From positions 2,112,001 to 2,176,000 of the forward strand of contig OZ223209.1 in assembly GCA_965140415.1 (NCBI GenBank): a stretch of 64,000 nt of DNA, written 5' to 3'. Origin of the DNA: Myxococcota bacterium (GTDB lineage: Bacteria > Myxococcota_A > SURF-8). The translations under genes were made by a program, and so were the position numbers. This document shows positions 58,680 through 64,000 of this stretch, piece after piece. The notes beneath the pieces are model-generated. The model worked only from the letters and a program-made list of their open reading frames with translations. It was not told where the DNA came from and searched no databases. Position 1 is the stretch's first letter, and the number at the start of each line of letters is the position of its first letter.

Positions 58680-59223
58680 TACGACGTATCGGATCTGCGC
58701 TGTTGGGCGCATTCCCACGCGGATATGAACTGCTTCTGGTCGTCGGAAGATGCTGACAGCATCGAACAGATGGACAACGGCGACTGGCTGGTCAGCATCG
58801 TGACGAACAGGGCCGGTAATTTCCGCGCCCGGCTGGACCTGTACGCACCCTGGCGAATCACGGTCGATCAGATCAAGATCGGTTTCCTGGCCAGCGTGGA
58901 GCGCGATGAGGTGTTGGAAAAGGAGTTGCGCGACAAGGTACACGCGCCCACCACACCTTGGGGACTGGTCTGGCCGGATGAAGAATTCGGTCTCGACTTC
59001 GGTCTGGATCGCCGCTTCAGCGAGCATTCCGGAGACATGCGACCCGATGACGACATCCTCACCGAACTGCAACGGGTCGGCCTGAATCCCGATCAGGCGG
59101 CGAAGTTGCTCGAAGCCGTCGAAGACTGGCAGGGCGACCTGGACGAGTTTTGGGGCATTCTGGATGGCATCCTCGGTGGTGATGGTCGGGCGGTGGATCT
59201 CTGGTCGGTGCTGCAGGTACTGG
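58680..59223 (+). pseudogene. Internal fragment of a JAB/MPN (JAMM) metalloprotease-like gene
   Basis: WAHSHADMNCFWSSED = HxH-x7-SxxD; GC-rich; no native start or stop. Confidence 0.65.
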
Positions 59224-60724
59224 GGGAGTGGGCCATTTTTAAAGTGCGCTCATGCCGCCTTTCTTATGGAATCAAAGACAGCTTCGGCGAACTTGGCTGG
59301 TCCCACCGATGATCTCAAGGCCCGCAAAGTCGCCATGCGTTGCGCGTTTTTCTTAGACCACATCATTCCAGACAATTTCATCCGCTTCTGCAAGACCGTT
59401 TTGTGTGAGCTTTCGATAGATCCACTGCCTATAGGCCAGCCTCGCTTTAGAAACTCCCGGTAGTTCAGGCGATTCCGATTCGACTCCAGATAGTCCAGAA
59501 ACTTCCTGAAAGTCAACGCTCGATTCTTGTCGATCTTCTTTCGCGGTCGATACGGAATATGCTCTTTCACAAGATCGAAAACCGCGTCTTTTTCCTTCCA
59601 GATCAGCCGATGCGTCAGGGCGTTCATGAAGCATGATGCCGCATCGCTATCCTCGCCATAAGCCTGATCCGCCGCAGCCTCTCCGTGTTCCACTACATGA
59701 TAAAAATCAAGCAGCTCAAGAGCTTGAGGACACAAACGATCCTTCATCTTCCAGATCCACGGCGCACCATCTGCAATCCAGAATACCTCCCGCTTTCTCA
59801 ATCTGGCGAAGCCCGGAGACTCCCTCAACTGAGATTCAAAACGATCCTTGTCTCCGGTCTCGGCAAAATAAACACGTTCGGTTTTGCCTATTGCCTGTAC
59901 GCTCATCAGCTTGGTTTCATGCCAGCCATCCGTATGCCGGATCATCGAACCGTCGACCTGAATCATGATCGGAGAATGTTCACGCTTCGTTCCGACAGGC
60001 AACTCGATCACCGGGCATGGGCGTTCACGATCCGCAAACGGTGCACTCTTGCGTTCGAAAACATGCTTGAGTTTGGTGGCTGACAAACGGATTCCGTGGT
60101 GCAGTTCCAGTCGTTCGCGGGACGCCTCGAAGGTATCGGTCACCACGAAATCCAATACCTGTTTCAAGACATCCCGCGAGAGATTGTCTTCGTCGAATCC
60201 CATTTCGATGTCCCGCGGATAAAAACCATGGCCGCAACGGCAGACGTGGTAATTGCGAAAGACAGCAACCTCGCCGAAGCGGGTTACAATCGTCCGTTTC
60301 ACTCCATATTTCTTCACCCACGCATTCATGCCGCATTTCGGACAGGCAACAGCCGCTGCCTTGCCCTCGGGATCCGACCACTTGCGGGAAAGCCTTACAC
60401 ATGCCTGCCGATGATAATCCAGAAGCTCGTCAACTTCCTCATCGTAGCTATCCTCGTAACCGGCGCGATCCATATCGTCTGTTTTTCGCCCCATCGTGTC
60501 CTCCTTCCAAATTCAGGCTTACACGATTGAACAAATCACACACTAAATTAATTCCCGCCCGACCTCAATCGTCTGTCCCTCCGTCGTCCACCCGTCCGGC
60601 GCTCGGGTCGCTCTCCAGCGGAGCCCTATCCTCCGGGCGGGGATGGCCAGTGTACCACGAAAAAGATGATTGGAAAGGCAACTTGTGCTACGATTCAAAC
60701 AGTCGAGCCGCATGGCTCATTCTC
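59224..60724 (-). mobile_element. Probable extent of the insertion sequence
   Basis: Imperfect terminal IR GGGAGTGGGCCAT / ATGGCTCATTCTC (10/13); no flanking target duplication seen. Confidence 0.45.
59250..60494 (-). CDS. ISKra4-like (UPF0236) DDE transposase
   Basis: CPKC...CRC, TRFGEV, VDG, IADGAPWIW, LDFYH, PIGSGSIES; GGAGG RBS. Confidence 0.88.
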   Translation of the reverse strand: MGRKTDDMDRAGYEDSYDEEVDELLDYHRQACVRLSRKWSDPEGKAAAVACPKCGMNAWVKKYGVKRTIVTRFGEVAVFRNYHVCRCGHGFYPRDIEMGFDEDNLSRDVLKQVLDFVVTDTFEASRERLELHHGIRLSATKLKHVFERKSAPFADRERPCPVIELPVGTKREHSPIMIQVDGSMIRHTDGWHETKLMSVQAIGKTERVYFAETGDKDRFESQLRESPGFARLRKREVFWIADGAPWIWKMKDRLCPQALELLDFYHVVEHGEAAADQAYGEDSDAASCFMNALTHRLIWKEKDAVFDLVKEHIPYRPRKKIDKNRALTFRKFLDYLESNRNRLNYREFLKRGWPIGSGSIESSHKTVLQKRMKLSGMMWSKKNAQRMATLRALRSSVGPAKFAEAVFDSIRKAA

Positions 60725-60984
60725 AACCCGGATTCTAACTCGTCAAGTGGTCCATACAACGGGGAGCAAAGCACCGATCCTGAGTTTTCAATTCTTCCTC
60801 ACCTGATAAACTCTCAAGTGGGGAGCTTAGAAAAATCCTTGCGTGTTCAAGGAAAACATGTAAGAATTATGCGCTTCTAGAGCCGATCTCGTAAAAAGAA
60901 GGTCGTAGGCCAACGGCAAAACGGGTGCGAGATGGGTCTTGCCGATTTTTTCAAAGTAGCGGATTGATTGCAGGAGGAAGAAGG

Positions 60985-62244
60985 GTGTTTGCCAAGCATA
61001 CCATCGTCGTCATCGTTGTAGCTTTATTCTGTGGATTGTTTCTATGGTCGGGTTCCGCACAAGCGGCCAAGCCGTTGGGCAAGTTGTTGTATCTGCCGAT
61101 TGTAGCCGGGCCCAACGTCGATAGTGACGACCTGGAAAAGATCGACCAGATTCTTAGCGAACGCATGAAGAAATTCATCAAGTTCGACGTTTACACTCTC
61201 AACGGTTTCGAAGACAAATACGGTCGGAAGAAAGCCCGTAGATTGATGCAGTGCGGCGTGGATCTCGGTTGCATCGATAAGCGCTTGCGTCGTGCGGACT
61301 ATCAACTGGTCGTCCTTGGAGAAGCCAAAAAGCATGGTAAAAGTCGCATCAAGGTTTCCTTTAAAGTTTACAATCTGCTCGACGGAAAAGTGAAGAAAGA
61401 CGAAACGTTCAAAGTTTCCGTACGCAAATTTGCAGATAATCCGTATGCCCGGAAATGGACGATCGCATTATTGACGCCTCCGGAAAGCCTGCTGTCCAAG
61501 GAAGAGGAACCGGAGCCGGAACTGTTCGAAGATGAAGAAGAACCGGAACCGGAGCCGAAACATGTGCGCAAACCGGAGCGCAAGAGTCGCAAAAAGTCTC
61601 GCAGCAGCAGACTGGCCAGCGAAAAGTCGGTGCGTTCGGGAATCAAGGCGGCGTATCTCTCCTTCGTCAGTGGGGACATTAACGAAGCCATCGGAAAAAT
61701 CAAGGATGTCACCCAGCGTCGCTGTGGTTGCGATGCCGACGGAAAAGCCTTTGGCATGAAAGCGATGATGGAAGCGTTTGCCGTTGCCGATGCCAAGGTG
61801 GACAAAGCCATGAAGCAGGGCGACAGTCGCACGATTATCGGCAACTTGGAAGAGATGCGCACCCTGGAAGGGGAGTTGCAGGAAGAAGGTCAACGCCTGG
61901 GTGTGGAAAAGAAAAGCCGTTACGCCGATGAGATGAACAGCAAGTTCGCCAAAGGCTATGCGCTTCAGGGCAAAGGCCAGATGAAACAACAGAATTACCT
62001 GGACGCCCGCGATAGCTTCAATAAGGCGCTGGAGTACGATCCGAACGATGCCGAGGCGAAGGAATTGCTGGCCAAGATTCCGCAGCAGGCCAAGCAACTC
62101 TACATGCAGGCGACATACATGGCGGATTACGCACCGGAAGAAGCGAAAAAGAAGCTTGAACAGGTGTTGGAATTGGTTTCCCAGGACGATCCGCTCTACG
62201 AAGACGCACAGGAGAAACTACAGGACATCGAAGATATGGAGTAG
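60985..62244 (+). CDS. Exported TPR-containing protein
   Basis: AGGAGG RBS, GTG start, signal peptide ending AQA; ARDSFNKALEYDPNDAEA TPR. Confidence 0.75.
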   Translation: MFAKHTIVVIVVALFCGLFLWSGSAQAAKPLGKLLYLPIVAGPNVDSDDLEKIDQILSERMKKFIKFDVYTLNGFEDKYGRKKARRLMQCGVDLGCIDKRLRRADYQLVVLGEAKKHGKSRIKVSFKVYNLLDGKVKKDETFKVSVRKFADNPYARKWTIALLTPPESLLSKEEEPEPELFEDEEEPEPEPKHVRKPERKSRKKSRSSRLASEKSVRSGIKAAYLSFVSGDINEAIGKIKDVTQRRCGCDADGKAFGMKAMMEAFAVADAKVDKAMKQGDSRTIIGNLEEMRTLEGELQEEGQRLGVEKKSRYADEMNSKFAKGYALQGKGQMKQQNYLDARDSFNKALEYDPNDAEAKELLAKIPQQAKQLYMQATYMADYAPEEAKKKLEQVLELVSQDDPLYEDAQEKLQDIEDME

Positions 62245-62295
62245 GTGCCTCCGGCAAGCGGAAGCTATCGACCGACAAAGGCAAAGGAGAGGGAT

Positions 62296-64000
62296 GTGCC
62301 CGGCAAGTATACGTGGACCGACCTCGGACGGCTTTGGGTACGAAATGCGGCGTGCTTGTTGCTTATGTGCTGCCTGTGGCTATCCTGTGGTGTTTCAGAG
62401 AGTTTCGCGAATTCATCCCAGGCTGCTACATTGGGGGTCGTCGATTTGCTCCCTCATCGCGATACTGTGTCAAAATTGGCGTTGGTTGATTTTCACAGCT
62501 TGCAGCACAACCAGGATTACAGTCGCGGTGTTCTGACTCTGATCGAGAATCGCCTTCTGGCTCACCCTGGCTTTGCCAAGAAATTGGAGTTATTACCGTA
62601 TTCGGAACTGCTGGATGCGTTACGAGCCGAAAACAAAACGGAATCCGTATCTCCATTGGATCTACCCTGGTTGACGCGTTTGATTGCCACGGATTGTCTG
62701 ATCTTTGTCGACGAACGCTTCAATGGGCGCGACTGGTACTGGCATGTACGAATCTATAGTGGTCGGTCCGGCGCTTTCTTGCATGCATTCGATGTTTCCC
62801 TGCATGAAACCCACATGATGTGGACAATCGATGAGTTTGTGGAGGGACTGCTAGCTGCTGTCTGCTATAAGAAAGTTCCTTCCAAGCCGCAAGTCCGAAC
62901 TGCCATTCAAGTGTTGCCCGGCAGCCTGGAGAGATTGGGAAAAATCGCATTGGATTGCAGTCGGGAGCGTTGTTTGCAGCGTCTGCCGGAGTTTAAATGG
63001 ATTCACGAACGGAATCCTGCCTTATTGCAACTATTGCTAAATAAGCCGAGCTATATTACTGCGCTATCAAATGAGACCGAAAGTCCGGTTGAGATGGCGC
63101 GTATCAATCTGCTGGAAGACAAGCCGATTGAAGTGTCGATCAAGCTGGAAAACAAGTTGGCCCAGGTTCGTTCAAGAGAGGAGAGGATTCGTTTCCTGTC
63201 ATTGATTGGCCGAGCGGCGGTGTTGCAGGGGCGACGGGAAAAGGCGGAAGAGGTCTATCTCGAATTGAAAAAGCTTTCTCCCAGGCACCCGGATCTTGCA
63301 TTGGGCTTCGCATGGTTGCAGGAAGCCGCCAAAAATTACGAAGAAGCCGTCCGTGCCTATCAGGATATTTTGCGTCGCGATCCGGATCAACTGGAAGCTG
63401 CGGAGCATCTGGTAAACGTTTATTGGGAACAGAAGAATAACGACGCGGCCTGGCAGGCGAAAGTGCAGGTCGCAAAGATTCTCTGGAACCGTGGGGATTA
63501 TCTGCGCAGCAATGTGCTGTGGATGGAATTGATCGACCATGCGTTTACAGTCGAATGGTTGCCCTATTTGCGCATCGAGTTACTTTCTTCCGTGGATCGA
63601 AAAAACTTGGCGACGATTCTGAATCAGCAAGGGATCGGCAAAGGCGGAAACGAAAAGGAAATCTTCTATCATCTGGCAAGGCTCAAATTGCAGTCCGGTG
63701 AGCAGGAGGAAGGTGGGCGCGTGTTGCAAGGTGTTTTGCAAATGGCGCCGGACGATCCGGCTCTGTTGATGTTGTCACTGGAACACCATCTATACAATTT
63801 GAATGACTTGGTCGCTGCACAGCGCATTCTGGATCAAATGCCTTCTCGTATCCGTCCGCCGATGATGGCGGCCTATGTGGCGGAGAAGCTCAATCGTTTT
63901 GCCGAGGCGGAACGCATTTTGGCGAAAGCGACATTCGATAAGGCTTTCGACTTTGAAGTTCTACTTTATCGGGGACGCTTGCTTGCTCTGGCGGGAGAAT
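62296..64000 (+). CDS. Exported TPR-repeat protein, runs off the window end
   Basis: Manual translation: open frame from GTG 62296 (AAGGAG RBS) to the end; signal-like leader; YEEAVRAYQDILRRDP TPR-like repeats; not in the supplied ORF track. Confidence 0.75.
   Translation, partial: MPGKYTWTDLGRLWVRNAACLLLMCCLWLSCGVSESFANSSQAATLGVVDLLPHRDTVSKLALVDFHSLQHNQDYSRGVLTLIENRLLAHPGFAKKLELLPYSELLDALRAENKTESVSPLDLPWLTRLIATDCLIFVDERFNGRDWYWHVRIYSGRSGAFLHAFDVSLHETHMMWTIDEFVEGLLAAVCYKKVPSKPQVRTAIQVLPGSLERLGKIALDCSRERCLQRLPEFKWIHERNPALLQLLLNKPSYITALSNETESPVEMARINLLEDKPIEVSIKLENKLAQVRSREERIRFLSLIGRAAVLQGRREKAEEVYLELKKLSPRHPDLALGFAWLQEAAKNYEEAVRAYQDILRRDPDQLEAAEHLVNVYWEQKNNDAAWQAKVQVAKILWNRGDYLRSNVLWMELIDHAFTVEWLPYLRIELLSSVDRKNLATILNQQGIGKGGNEKEIFYHLARLKLQSGEQEEGGRVLQGVLQMAPDDPALLMLSLEHHLYNLNDLVAAQRILDQMPSRIRPPMMAAYVAEKLNRFAEAERILAKATFDKAFDFEVLLYRGRLLALAGE

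Noticed and set aside
58635-59312. 225-aa ORF as an intact gene
   Set aside because: Chimera: the first 15 codons are intron domain V, the middle is a JAB fragment and the end reads into the IS

Overview
Bacterial chromosomal window; gene content suggests a Deltaproteobacteria/Myxococcota-like organism (inference only). 1-13.1 kb is core genome: gdhA 5' end, rlmB-pyrF-proS, lipoprotein-mlaF-mlaD, phosphoglucomutase, zinc-free DksA, class II aldolase, tandem-PilZ protein, tRNA-Leu(CAG). The tRNA 3' end anchors a tandem array of three integrative units. Unit 1 is a ~30 kb AT-richer island bounded by a perfect 59-bp repeat (13060-13118/43051-43109). It encodes an integrase, two Xis-like HTH proteins, a primase-helicase, a second small tyrosine recombinase, an N-terminally extended Dam-type methylase, a defence-like locus, an RHS lipoprotein and Cys/DGD-rich lipoproteins. 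Unit 2 is a 1.25 kb mini-unit with one DGD-repeat lipoprotein. Unit 3 has a DUF1566-like lipoprotein and a truncated copy of the same integrase. 46-58.4 kb is a sigma-54-controlled porin/TauE/molybdopterin-oxidoreductase operon with its two-component system. It is followed by mobile debris (group IIC intron 3' end, JAB fragment, ISKra4-like IS) and two TPR genes. The best candidate for a new system is the tightly coupled operon GlnD/GlnE-like nucleotidyltransferase -> TIR-wHTH -> RelA/SpoT-like synthetase (26513-29189), just downstream of a NACHT-type ATPase-nuclease. All calls come from reading motifs by eye; no database searches were run.
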